Shown here one piece after another: positions 20,036-29,836 of a DNA stretch of 64,000 nucleotides. The notes beneath the pieces were generated by a model, which did no database searches, was not told where the DNA came from, and worked only from the letters and a program-made list of their open reading frames with translations. The stretch covers positions 1-64,000 of the forward strand of contig JAUVXV010000007.1 of assembly GCA_030603365.1 (NCBI GenBank), read 5' to 3'. How positions within the stretch are numbered: position 1 is the first letter of the stretch; every line of letters begins with the position of its first letter. Position numbers and translations under genes: made by a program. Source of the DNA: Candidatus Heimdallarchaeota archaeon (lineage in GTDB: Archaea; Asgardarchaeota; Heimdallarchaeia; Heimdallarchaeales; Heimdallarchaeaceae).

Positions 20036-22408
20036 TTACTCGATATCTTCCAAATCTTTCGTAGGTTCAGGGAGCTTTCTCGGCCACCAATTCCATTTTG
20101 AAGCAAGGCTCATAATAGCAGGAACAAGAATTGTTCTAATAATAAAAGTATCAATCAGAACTGCTAGAGTTAGAATGAAACCAAATTCATTCATTATCAT
20201 TGTACTGCTGAAAAGCATACCACTAAAAGCAATAGCCATGATAACTCCAGCCATAGAGATAATACCACCTGTTCTATAAAGACCTTTAATGATTGAAGCA
20301 CGTTCAGTGTAACCACTATTACGATATTCTGATACTCTGGAAAGTAAGAAGATGTCATAATCCAAACCCAAACCAATGAGAATACTAAAACTCATTACAG
20401 GAGTAGCCCAATAAAGAGCATCAATGTCTTGCAGAACTGGTATTATACCATCAACAACCCCCATATCAAATATCAAGGATGCTATTCCGTATATCCATGA
20501 TAGAGTTAACCCTATTGTTATAATTAGTCTTAAAGGTATAAAGACTGATTTAAACATTATAGCTATAAGGATATAAACAATAATGATGATTATACCTATC
20601 ATCAATGGAAACATATCATAGACTAAATCTACTGAATCTACTACCTCAGGTGTATCTCCAGCTAGATGGAATTTGTAATCTGAATTTTCATTATAATCAT
20701 CTAGGATAACTCTCGTATCTATAATCCATTGTTCAATATAACTACCAAAGGGATCGAAACTTGGTTGTACTTCAACCAAAGCAGTTGAATTATCTGCGTT
20801 TGCATAGCGACTTAAAACCATCTCACGGTATAGTATAGCTGTTGTCTCATTATAAGCTGGATGAGATGGATTTATCCAATCTTCAACAAACGTAAATGGA
20901 ATAGGTGATCCTCCACCCCAAAATACCGTAATGAATGATTCAGCTGAAATATTCGTGTTCGTTAGTATATCAATTATAAGATCCTGTCCTGTTGAAAAGA
21001 AATCTTGTTGAAATATGCCATTAGTTTGATTGCTTTCAATGATGATGTACATTGGAGCTAACATGCCAGGTTGAAAATCTGCTTTGAGCATCTCTAAAGC
21101 TTCAGTCGAATCAGCATGTCTAGGTAAAATGTGGTTTTCTGCTATAGATGTACCCATCTTTAGCATTTGGATAGAGATAGGTACAGCAGCTGCTAAGGTA
21201 ATTACAATGATTGGTATTGAGTATTTTGTTGCAAATTTTCCTATCTTAAACCAAATGCTTTTCATCTGAGCTTTTAATTCTCTTTCTTTACGTTCTTTTT
21301 CATTCTTTGGACGTTCTTCTTGTTTCTTCTTTAAAAGCCTAAATTTGGAAAAGAAATTACCAAATAATAACAACAATGAGGGTATTAATGTCAAGTTAAC
21401 AAGCAAAGTTGTAGCAATACATACTGCTGCTCCTATACCTATGGATGCAAGAAGACCTATTGGAAAGAAAGCTAATCCCATGAAGCAAATAGCTAGAGTT
21501 AATCCAGAAACACCAATAGTGTGTCCTGCATGTTCCATCATCAAGTGAACAGCTTGATCATTATCTCTGCCTCTGATTAATTCTTCTCTATATCTAGACA
21601 ATAGGAATAGAGCATAATCAAATGAAAGAGCTATAACCAAGGACATCATCACACTGGGGACAAAACTAAATACTGGCATAGATGCAGCAATTGGATACAT
21701 TAGGAAGAATGAAGTAGCTATAGAGAATCCAACGCTTAGAACTGGAATTATCATAAGTTTGAAGCTTTTCAAAACCAAAGCTAAAATTAATAAAGCTAAA
21801 GGTAGGACAATCGAGTCCATGGTAAGAATATCTCTTTCTGAAGCATTTTTCATATCTTCAAACAATATATGAGAACCAGTAAGAAGCATAATATATCCTT
21901 CTGGTTGGATAAAGTCAAGAGTATCATAAACAAACGCTACAAAATCATTTAGTGTTGAATCAGAAATTGAATTAAGACTAATATCTACAATAGTAGTAGT
22001 GTTGGTTTCGGAGACAAAACCCATAGCAACAATACTTAAACTTGTATTTATGAGAAAATAGTAACCTCTAATATCAGCAATAAAAGAACCATATTCTGAA
22101 TTTCTGATTGAAGAATTAAAAGCAATACTAAAGAGTTCAATTTCAGTTGTTAAAACAGATTCAGATCCATTAAGGTTCTGAATAACTAAAACAATAGATG
22201 TTTGAGTATCAACCTCAGGAAACTCTTCCTTCAATATAGTATTGGCTTGGAAGGAAGGTGTATCTTCAGGAACGTTAAAATCTGAGCTAGTTTCGGAAAT
22301 GAATCTAGGTGCCAACCAGATACTGAATCCTAAAATAATTACCCAAGTTATAATTACGATTATTTTATATTTTTTTAGGAATTGTGTGTACTTTTCTACG
22401 AATTTCAA
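20036..22408 (-). CDS. MMPL/RND family transporter
   Basis: Two repeats with DYALFLLSRYREE and GLGLDYDIFLLSRV; IRTILVPA...WNWWP C-terminus. Confidence 0.92.
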   Translation of the reverse strand: MKFVEKYTQFLKKYKIIVIITWVIILGFSIWLAPRFISETSSDFNVPEDTPSFQANTILKEEFPEVDTQTSIVLVIQNLNGSESVLTTEIELFSIAFNSSIRNSEYGSFIADIRGYYFLINTSLSIVAMGFVSETNTTTIVDISLNSISDSTLNDFVAFVYDTLDFIQPEGYIMLLTGSHILFEDMKNASERDILTMDSIVLPLALLILALVLKSFKLMIIPVLSVGFSIATSFFLMYPIAASMPVFSFVPSVMMSLVIALSFDYALFLLSRYREELIRGRDNDQAVHLMMEHAGHTIGVSGLTLAICFMGLAFFPIGLLASIGIGAAVCIATTLLVNLTLIPSLLLLFGNFFSKFRLLKKKQEERPKNEKERKERELKAQMKSIWFKIGKFATKYSIPIIVITLAAAVPISIQMLKMGTSIAENHILPRHADSTEALEMLKADFQPGMLAPMYIIIESNQTNGIFQQDFFSTGQDLIIDILTNTNISAESFITVFWGGGSPIPFTFVEDWINPSHPAYNETTAILYREMVLSRYANADNSTALVEVQPSFDPFGSYIEQWIIDTRVILDDYNENSDYKFHLAGDTPEVVDSVDLVYDMFPLMIGIIIIIVYILIAIMFKSVFIPLRLIITIGLTLSWIYGIASLIFDMGVVDGIIPVLQDIDALYWATPVMSFSILIGLGLDYDIFLLSRVSEYRNSGYTERASIIKGLYRTGGIISMAGVIMAIAFSGMLFSSTMIMNEFGFILTLAVLIDTFIIRTILVPAIMSLASKWNWWPRKLPEPTKDLEDIE

Positions 22409-22583
22409 TTGATTCCCCCAAGGAACTATGATAGTAGTAGAACCTCGAAAAAAGCAGTTTTAAGCCTTTTTATGAGCATACATTAAACCGATTGTTTCAT
22501 AAATAAATTTAAAAAGGATTCATTGAAAAAACGATGGTTAATTCAAAAATATTATAATTGAATTTTGAAAATAAAGAAATTAC

Positions 22584-23672
22584 CTATGAATTTTGGTTTC
22601 TTTGTCTAATTTTTTCAATCTCATTTTGAGTATCAGAAATCAAAATATTTAGATAAATTTGAGTAGTGTTCAAAGAACTATGACCGAGTAAATTCTGTAC
22701 TGATCTTATGTTAAGACCTTCTTTCAACATATGAGTAGCAAAAGAATGACGTAGTTTATGTGGAGATAAATCACTCTTTCCTATATACTCACCATATTTC
22801 TTCACAATTCTTTGAATTTGAGAGATACTCAGAGGAGAATCAGGTTTTGATTCAAAGATAAACTTGCTGGAATTTTTATGTATATATTCTAGAGTCTCTT
22901 CTAACTTACTTCTATCCACATAGATGACTGATCTTTCCTTACCACCTTTTCCTTTAACTTTGATTATACCATCTTGTAAAATATCTTGTTTTCTAATCTG
23001 AACTAATTCACTAACTCTAATTCCTGTATTGAATAGAAACTCTACAATCAGCCTGTTTCGCTCATACTGTAGATCAGCTGAACCACCTTTTTGTATCATA
23101 ATTTCTAGTTCTTTTTTAGTTATAAAATTCGGGAGTCTCTGTTCTATTTTAGGAGAGGAGAATCTAAGAAACGGATTGAAATCTATTTCATTTTCTGTTA
23201 CTAGAAATTTATAGAAACTTCTAAGAGCCATTAGTCTTCTCTTTCTAGTGGCAGCTGAGTAATGATTCTCAGTAAGCTGATTTACATATCGTCGAAAATG
23301 TCTTGGTTTGATTTCATCAAAAGGAGTCTTTATCTCTTTGAAGAAGTGATAGAGATCAGCCTTATAGTTCTTAACAGTGTGTTCAGACAAATTTCTTTCA
23401 CTTGTGAGACTTGTGAGATAATCTTCGATAAAACTTGACGTCTCTTTTAGATGAGTCCCTTTGAGTAGGCTACTATTACGTTTAATCTGTTTTTTTCCTT
23501 CTCCCTTTTGACGGATTTCAATATAATTGTTTTTCAGAATTTTAAGAAAGGTATTATGCGACATCCCAAACAAACTAGTAACACTCTTCCAGTCATATTC
23601 ATTAGAATAGTAGTAATCTATCATCTCTTGAATCTTATCTAAATCTAAATCTTGTAGAATGTCCTTAGGCAA
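22584..23672 (-). CDS. xerA: Xer-family tyrosine recombinase with extra N-terminal HTH
   Basis: SAM-like domain (SEHTVKNY..DL) and intact catalytic residues R (TGIRVSE), K (KGKGGKER), HKLRH, LGH and Y (TQIY); about 75-aa N-terminal extension. Confidence 0.9.
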   Translation of the reverse strand: MPKDILQDLDLDKIQEMIDYYYSNEYDWKSVTSLFGMSHNTFLKILKNNYIEIRQKGEGKKQIKRNSSLLKGTHLKETSSFIEDYLTSLTSERNLSEHTVKNYKADLYHFFKEIKTPFDEIKPRHFRRYVNQLTENHYSAATRKRRLMALRSFYKFLVTENEIDFNPFLRFSSPKIEQRLPNFITKKELEIMIQKGGSADLQYERNRLIVEFLFNTGIRVSELVQIRKQDILQDGIIKVKGKGGKERSVIYVDRSKLEETLEYIHKNSSKFIFESKPDSPLSISQIQRIVKKYGEYIGKSDLSPHKLRHSFATHMLKEGLNIRSVQNLLGHSSLNTTQIYLNILISDTQNEIEKIRQRNQNS

Positions 23673-23693
23673 GTGAAATCACAACATCTATCG

Positions 23694-23706
23694 AATGCAG
23701 TATAAC
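23694..23706. promoter_or_regulatory. dif-arm half-site overlapping the probable xer TATA box
   Basis: AATGCAGTATAAC, identical to 58238-58250, located 22-34 bp upstream of the xer start codon. Confidence 0.5.
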
Positions 23707-23841
23707 CTTCTAGTATTTTGTTAAAAGAATATGTAATACTTTTTTTATCAGTTAAAAATCCCAAAGAGTATGTTTATAAGAGCATACACAAAGGAGATTT
23801 TGCTTAAAGATTTCTACTTAACTAATATAATGTGACATATA

Positions 23842-25506
23842 ATGGCTACAAAAATCAAGGAGAAGACTCCAATACAAAAGCAATCTATACTAGTACTAAT
23901 AGGCTGTATTGTATTCATTTCAATGGGTGTACTTAACATCCTGTTTCGTTTTACAAAATTGATACCTTTACTGTTCCCTAAACTATTAATTTCTAATGAT
24001 CCTGATTTAATTTTACTTGTTTTCAATATAATTGGCTATGTTATGTATTCTGTTACTTTCGCTAGTCTGATTCCGATTGCAATTGGAATCAGAAATATTA
24101 CAGATATCTATTTTGTTGATCATATTACAAAAGCAGGTAAGCAAACTGCTACATGGATCTACATTTATTCAGGTGCTGTTCTTCTAGATATGATAACTCT
24201 GGGGGTTCCATTAATAGCAGGGTTTGTAGCTTTGGCTATTATCGTTGGAAGAGTAATGTCTTTTACTAAAATTAACAAGACATTTGAGAAAATAAAAAGT
24301 GTATTTAATGTTAAGATTGGTAGTTTCTTTTATCTTCTGTTTGCGTACTATTCACTTATAACAATGGTATTAGGAGCTGTAGCTAATTATTCAAATGATG
24401 ACTCTTTTAGTATCTACCTAGCTATATTCAATGGATCGATTGAATCAGCCTTGATGATTATTGTGGGTTTGAAAATAATTCTTGATATATTTAGAATAAA
24501 GAAATTCTTGGAAATTAGCAAAATTCAGCCGTATTCTGCAAAGAAAGCATATCTCACTAGAGATCGTACTGACCAGCCTATTCTAGCAACTACTAAAGCA
24601 CACATCCAATCTAAAACTCAATTAGAAAAACTACAAGAAAGAACTATTAAACAAGAAATGAAAGCTCAAAAAATACGTAAAAGAGAAGAAGCTAGATCAG
24701 TTGCTAAAAAAAAGAAAATTGAATCAAAGGAAGTTAGAGTAGAATACATCATCTGCCATCAATGTAATGAAAGAACAGACAAAAATCTCAAGTTCTGTAT
24801 GAATTGCGGAGAATCACTGAAAGATGAAATTATAAGTATTAAAAAAGAGATCTCAGAAGTATCTGTAAGAAGAACACTATCACCTAAAAAAGAGAAGATA
24901 CTTCAGCAAATTACTATAGCAGTTTTTCTGATAGCCTTTGTAACCTATGCATTTGTAACTGCTAATTTTTCTCTTACAATTTATGCTTGGGTAATAATAG
25001 CGTTGTTTACAACTTACCTATTTGTAAACTATATTGTTCTCTTCTTTTCAGGAAGAGGTTTTGCAGTAACTACAGTATTAAGTGATATTTCTTTTCTATT
25101 TATCATAATTCCTATATTATGTTCAATTTTCTCTTATTTTGTAGCCTTGATTCTTTTAAAGCTAACAGGTATGTCTCCAGTGATAAATAGGTGGATTTTA
25201 ATTGGAATGAGTATTGCACTTTCCTTATTAGGTATATTTCTTATGTTAAGTTTCAAAGTCAGAAGTACTAACATGACTCTACAGGAATATGTGAAGTATA
25301 GGTTTGATTTCAAAGCTAGAGCAGAAGAACTCAACAAAGATAAAGAAAGAGTAGAGAAGAAAAGAGCTAATTTTGACAGTTTGGATAGAATAGAAGCCAA
25401 TATTGCCAGACAGAAACAAGAGAAGGTTATGGATTACGAAGATTTCGATTTCAAACAAAGACTAAAGGATTTGGGAAGTCCTTTAACTAATGATGAAGAA
25501 GATTAA
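23842..25506 (+). CDS. Polytopic membrane protein with cytoplasmic coiled coil and zinc ribbon
   Basis: About 6 TMs, a charged coiled-coil segment, CHQC...CMNC, about 4 more TMs and a charged tail. Confidence 0.75.
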   Translation: MATKIKEKTPIQKQSILVLIGCIVFISMGVLNILFRFTKLIPLLFPKLLISNDPDLILLVFNIIGYVMYSVTFASLIPIAIGIRNITDIYFVDHITKAGKQTATWIYIYSGAVLLDMITLGVPLIAGFVALAIIVGRVMSFTKINKTFEKIKSVFNVKIGSFFYLLFAYYSLITMVLGAVANYSNDDSFSIYLAIFNGSIESALMIIVGLKIILDIFRIKKFLEISKIQPYSAKKAYLTRDRTDQPILATTKAHIQSKTQLEKLQERTIKQEMKAQKIRKREEARSVAKKKKIESKEVRVEYIICHQCNERTDKNLKFCMNCGESLKDEIISIKKEISEVSVRRTLSPKKEKILQQITIAVFLIAFVTYAFVTANFSLTIYAWVIIALFTTYLFVNYIVLFFSGRGFAVTTVLSDISFLFIIIPILCSIFSYFVALILLKLTGMSPVINRWILIGMSIALSLLGIFLMLSFKVRSTNMTLQEYVKYRFDFKARAEELNKDKERVEKKRANFDSLDRIEANIARQKQEKVMDYEDFDFKQRLKDLGSPLTNDEED

Positions 25507-25547
25507 AAAAAACATTATAAGCAAGCTAAGTATAGGACATCAACATC

Positions 25548-26195
25548 ATGAAAGTAAGATTACCAAGAAAGAAAGAAATGTTTGCAACTTACTCACACAT
25601 TTTTGGTCTGTTGTTGGCATTAGCTGGGTCAATTGTTTTAATATATCTAAGTAGGAATGATATCCCTGTTCTTAGCGTAATAATAGTTTATTCAATTTGT
25701 ATGTGTTATATGTTTTCAGCAAGCACATTATATCATGCTTTCAAAGAGACAGAGAAAGATCATACCTTCTGGAGGAAGTTTGATCACATAGCAATTTACT
25801 TCATGATAGCTGGAACCTATACAGCTGTGTCATTCCTATATTCAGACGGTAATTTTAGATGGGCTATAATCTCTTTGCAATGGGCATTTGCTATCGTAGG
25901 TACAATTCTAAAGATATGGACAACAAATGTACCAAACTGGATAGATGTAGGAATTTATCTAGTAATGGGTTGGATGATCGTTGTAAGAATGGATTACATG
26001 ATAAGTGAATTTCCGATTAGAATCTTTATTTTAGTTTTGCTCGGAGGTCTTTCATATACAATTGGCGCAGTTTTACATGCAATAAACAAACCTCTACCTT
26101 CTCCTGGAAGGTTTGAATTTCATGATATTTTCCATGTTTTGATAATAGTTGGTGCAGCATTACATTATTTAGCAATTCTGTATGCTGTTGTGTGA
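25548..26195 (+). CDS. Hemolysin III / PAQR family membrane protein
   Basis: SH, STLYH, DHIAIY..IAGTYT, YLVMGW, GG.SYTIGA and HDIFH...H motifs. Confidence 0.93.
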   Translation: MKVRLPRKKEMFATYSHIFGLLLALAGSIVLIYLSRNDIPVLSVIIVYSICMCYMFSASTLYHAFKETEKDHTFWRKFDHIAIYFMIAGTYTAVSFLYSDGNFRWAIISLQWAFAIVGTILKIWTTNVPNWIDVGIYLVMGWMIVVRMDYMISEFPIRIFILVLLGGLSYTIGAVLHAINKPLPSPGRFEFHDIFHVLIIVGAALHYLAILYAVV

Positions 26196-26262
26196 AAAAA
26201 TTATCGTAACAGATATAACCATTCAATATCATAAGTAGCTTATAGTACAGAAAGGGTTCAAA

Positions 26263-27195
26263 TTGAGTCTTAAATCAAATGTCCGTCAGAGAGTAGAGTA
26301 CCAGTGCAATAAATGTAAAAAAATGAGGATATTGTTCATTGCACCAGCTTTACAGAGCACAAAAATAGACACTCACGGATATACAGAATATGTAGATGTT
26401 CATATTTGTGAGAACAAAGAGCTCAAAGCAATTAAGCTCTTTGTTGATGCTCATTACGATGTTAGGACTCAAGTATCAGTAGAAAGTAAATCAAAAGAAG
26501 AAGAACCAGGATTTACTGAAGTGGAGGGATTTCTGAATATCCCCGTTCCTAAAAAAGCAGAATTCTTAGATCATATAATAGTCCCAACAAAGGATTATGG
26601 AGGATATAATCTAAATTATCTATTTATTACAGATAAACTAAGAAGTAGAGATTATATTCTGGAAGGTGATAAAAAAGGTAAGAAAATCGTCAAAACCTCT
26701 CCACTGGAGTTCATTGAGATTACAGGATATGTTGGGGATGATATAGAAACCGATTTTGCAGAAGATTGGTTATTAAATCTAGCAAATTCAATGGAAACTT
26801 TAGTATATCTTGATGAAAATCTTCTGCAATATATTGGAGTTTATTTAGATTATATGATTGTTTCAAAACCTTTAGCAAAGGAGTTAGTGGAGCTTAATTT
26901 ATTACTTCATGCTACAATGGCTATTCCTCATTCAACGAAAGAACACATCTCAATTTTTGAAGGACATGTAGACGAACTGTTTCCAGGATTGAATATAGTC
27001 CATTATAGAATATTCATTGCTATTATGGAACATTGTTTACAAAATGAACAAAAGACGCTGATGATTGTTTATGAAGAACTAAAAAAGAAAATCACACAAC
27101 TTCATTCTTTCCCTTATTTCTTATCAGTTGTCAGTCAACTTGTTTCTTTTGGATTTGTAAACATTGAAAAACTAGAATTTTATACACTCAACTAA
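26263..27195 (+). CDS. Hypothetical protein with N-terminal CxxC...HxC metal-binding module
   Basis: CNKC and HIC in the first 50 aa; helical C-terminus. Confidence 0.7.
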   Translation: MSLKSNVRQRVEYQCNKCKKMRILFIAPALQSTKIDTHGYTEYVDVHICENKELKAIKLFVDAHYDVRTQVSVESKSKEEEPGFTEVEGFLNIPVPKKAEFLDHIIVPTKDYGGYNLNYLFITDKLRSRDYILEGDKKGKKIVKTSPLEFIEITGYVGDDIETDFAEDWLLNLANSMETLVYLDENLLQYIGVYLDYMIVSKPLAKELVELNLLLHATMAIPHSTKEHISIFEGHVDELFPGLNIVHYRIFIAIMEHCLQNEQKTLMIVYEELKKKITQLHSFPYFLSVVSQLVSFGFVNIEKLEFYTLN

Positions 27196-27205
27196 GGGAA
27201 GCAAA

Positions 27206-28504
27206 ATGACTTTCGAATTATATCAGATCGATAGTAAAAAAATTTTCAATACTGTTAAACATATTTGCAGGAAAATAGGACCTCGTGTTTCAGGTACTGA
27301 AAACGAAGAAATAGTAGCAAAGTTTATAGTTAAACAATTTGAAAGTACCAATCTTGAAAACGCAGAAATAAAAAAATATCCTCATCAGTACTATGAAGGT
27401 ATTGAAGCGAGTATTCAACATCTTGATTCTGGAAGTATTATTACTGGTTCTCCAATTTGGATGTCTAAGTCATCATCAATTGATGGGATTGAAGGTGAGG
27501 GTCTCTACTTAGGTTCAATAAATCAAGTAGAAGAAATTCATCTTGATACTATTAAAGATAAAATTGTATTCATTTTCTTTCTTAGAGATTACTTGGAACC
27601 GGAAATTTTCGGAAATTTAAAAAAGCTCTATAAATTAAAACCTAAGGGAGTAGTACTTCTAAGTAATTATAATCCACAGGTAACTCGTTCAGATCCAATA
27701 TTTGAGGAGAGTTCAATATTCGCTCAAATACCTACCATGATTGTTCCAGCTGCTAAATTTTCTGAAACAGAACAAACCTACTTCACAGGGAAATTTAGAT
27801 TAAAGGTGAGAGGATTGGTGAAAGAAGGTTTCTTACATAATGTTCTTTCACATCAAGACGGAGAAATTACAGACACTATTCTAATATGTTCACATCATGA
27901 TACAACAGAAAATACAATTGGAGCAGTTGATAATTCTACAGGAATTGCAACTGTAATTGAACTTGCAAGGATAGTTTCAAAAATTGAAACAAGATTTAGC
28001 TACCTATTTGCTACATTTGGTGGAGAAGAACAAGGTCTAGATGGAGCAAGAAATTTCATTGAAAACTATTTTAAATCAAGGATAGCTCTGTGTATCAACA
28101 TAGATACTATTGAAACTTCTCCAGGATTCGTTGCGTCCATTGTTGCGGGAAACGAAAATTTATTCGAGATAGTTAAAGAAGTATGCAACAAAAATAGTTA
28201 TCCTGCAATGGCTGTGAATAGTACTCCAAATGGGGGAGATAATATGGTCTTTGCTCGAGAAGAAATTCCTTCCATAATGGTTCTATTTAAGGGGACAATG
28301 TCTCCTGGTATAAATAATACCGAACAAGATACATTGAAACTCGTATCAGAAAACTCTCTAAAAGAAACTGGTACGTTTATTCTTAGATTGATTGAAAAAC
28401 TAGAAAGTATAGAAGATCTAAGTTTTGCAGATGGACTACCACCCAATCTAGAAAAAGAAACAGAGAATTACTTCGAAAGGTTGCAATTCTACAAAGAACA
28501 TTAA
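27206..28504 (+). CDS. M28-family aminopeptidase-like protein with PA domain
   Basis: IGPRVSGT, SHHD, GAVDNSTG, GGEEQGL and NID motifs. Confidence 0.85.
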   Translation: MTFELYQIDSKKIFNTVKHICRKIGPRVSGTENEEIVAKFIVKQFESTNLENAEIKKYPHQYYEGIEASIQHLDSGSIITGSPIWMSKSSSIDGIEGEGLYLGSINQVEEIHLDTIKDKIVFIFFLRDYLEPEIFGNLKKLYKLKPKGVVLLSNYNPQVTRSDPIFEESSIFAQIPTMIVPAAKFSETEQTYFTGKFRLKVRGLVKEGFLHNVLSHQDGEITDTILICSHHDTTENTIGAVDNSTGIATVIELARIVSKIETRFSYLFATFGGEEQGLDGARNFIENYFKSRIALCINIDTIETSPGFVASIVAGNENLFEIVKEVCNKNSYPAMAVNSTPNGGDNMVFAREEIPSIMVLFKGTMSPGINNTEQDTLKLVSENSLKETGTFILRLIEKLESIEDLSFADGLPPNLEKETENYFERLQFYKEH

Positions 28505-29623
28505 TTAGGAATCAATGAGTTCTTCAAGCATCTCTTCAAATCTCTCTAATCCCTTTACAAGATATTCTATTTCAGAACCAATACCTATTCTAAGATACTT
28601 ATCCATTCCAAAACTGTCTCCTGCAACTATTAGTAAGCTCTTCTCTTTCCTCAACTTCTCAGTCAACTCAGTAGAGTTGATATCAATGAAATAACGTATG
28701 AATGACATAGCACCAGCTTTTTGAGGTATAAAACTGAAAAGGTGTTTTCTAGTTTCTACCCACTCTAGAAAGAATTCTAGATTTTCATTCAAGAGTTTTC
28801 GATTTCTTGCTAAGATCATATCTCTTTTTGCAGGTTGGAGAGCCCATTCAGCAATCTGTTGACTTAAGACGCTAGGAGAAATTGTAGTATAATCATGATA
28901 AGCCCATGCTTTAGCAGCAATTTCTTCAGGAGCTACCATCCACCCCATTCTTAACCCAGGTAAACTATATGCTTTAGATAACCCTCCAACAGCTATGATC
29001 TTGTCAGATTTTCCGTAAAAAGTATCAATTTCTTTTCCATTAAGTTCTGCACCTCTGTAAACTTCATCACTATGAATGAAAGCTTCTACATCATTAGCAA
29101 GATCAGCAATACATTTTACTGCTGCTTCATTCAGTATAGAGCCAGTAGGATTATTAGGGTTACAAACTGAGATCAACTTTGTATTGGTAGTAATTATATT
29201 TTTTAGCTCCTCAAGATCAGGTTGCCAATTAAGTTCTTCTTTCAAATAGAAGGGTTTAACCTTTGCTCCAAAAAACTTAGCTAATCCCCATGTTTGCATG
29301 TAGTTAGGGAGCATGAGAACATATTCATCTTCTTTTTCAAGAATGCTCCAAATGGTAATGAAATTAGCTTCAGCTGAACCATTTGTAACAAGAATATTTT
29401 CTCTGTTAGATGTAGGATACAGCCTACTAATTGCATCCCTTAATCCAATAGAACCATTAGTTTGACCGTATCCAATACGGATATTATGCAGTTCCTTCAA
29501 TTGACTTGAATCTAATAATTCTTCAAGTGTAAAAGGATGAATCCCACTCTCAGTAAGATTATAATCAACAAAGTTCTCCCAAAGTGATTGACGTCTTTCA
29601 AGATCAAAGGTTTCAATTTTCAT
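28505..29623 (-). CDS. Class I/II PLP-dependent aminotransferase
   Basis: NPNNPTG, DEVY and GLSKAYSLPGLRMGW. Confidence 0.92.
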   Translation of the reverse strand: MKIETFDLERRQSLWENFVDYNLTESGIHPFTLEELLDSSQLKELHNIRIGYGQTNGSIGLRDAISRLYPTSNRENILVTNGSAEANFITIWSILEKEDEYVLMLPNYMQTWGLAKFFGAKVKPFYLKEELNWQPDLEELKNIITTNTKLISVCNPNNPTGSILNEAAVKCIADLANDVEAFIHSDEVYRGAELNGKEIDTFYGKSDKIIAVGGLSKAYSLPGLRMGWMVAPEEIAAKAWAYHDYTTISPSVLSQQIAEWALQPAKRDMILARNRKLLNENLEFFLEWVETRKHLFSFIPQKAGAMSFIRYFIDINSTELTEKLRKEKSLLIVAGDSFGMDKYLRIGIGSEIEYLVKGLERFEEMLEELIDS

Positions 29624-29836
29624 TGCAAATAATCAATAATGAGATTCTTTAATAAATTTTCCAAAACAAACAAAGATTCTGAACTTAAAAATAGTTTCAA
29701 AAAGTTACAAAATTGTTCCTTGTAAGATTTTAGCAAGATTTCATTTATTTTGAGGATAATGTCGAATCACATTCAATCCTTTTCTTTTTATAAGATACAA
29801 TTAAATATTTATTAAATTTAATTCAAATGAATAATT

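Noticed and set aside
22584-23672. Recombinase as a provirus or integron integrase
   Set aside because: No viral, plasmid or tRNA-att context, no IntI-type insertion evident and no attC-like repeats between downstream genes; motifs fit XerC/D/A better.
25548-26195. Hemolysin as a toxin or virulence factor
   Set aside because: HlyIII/PAQR proteins are widespread membrane-homeostasis proteins; nothing here supports a toxin role.
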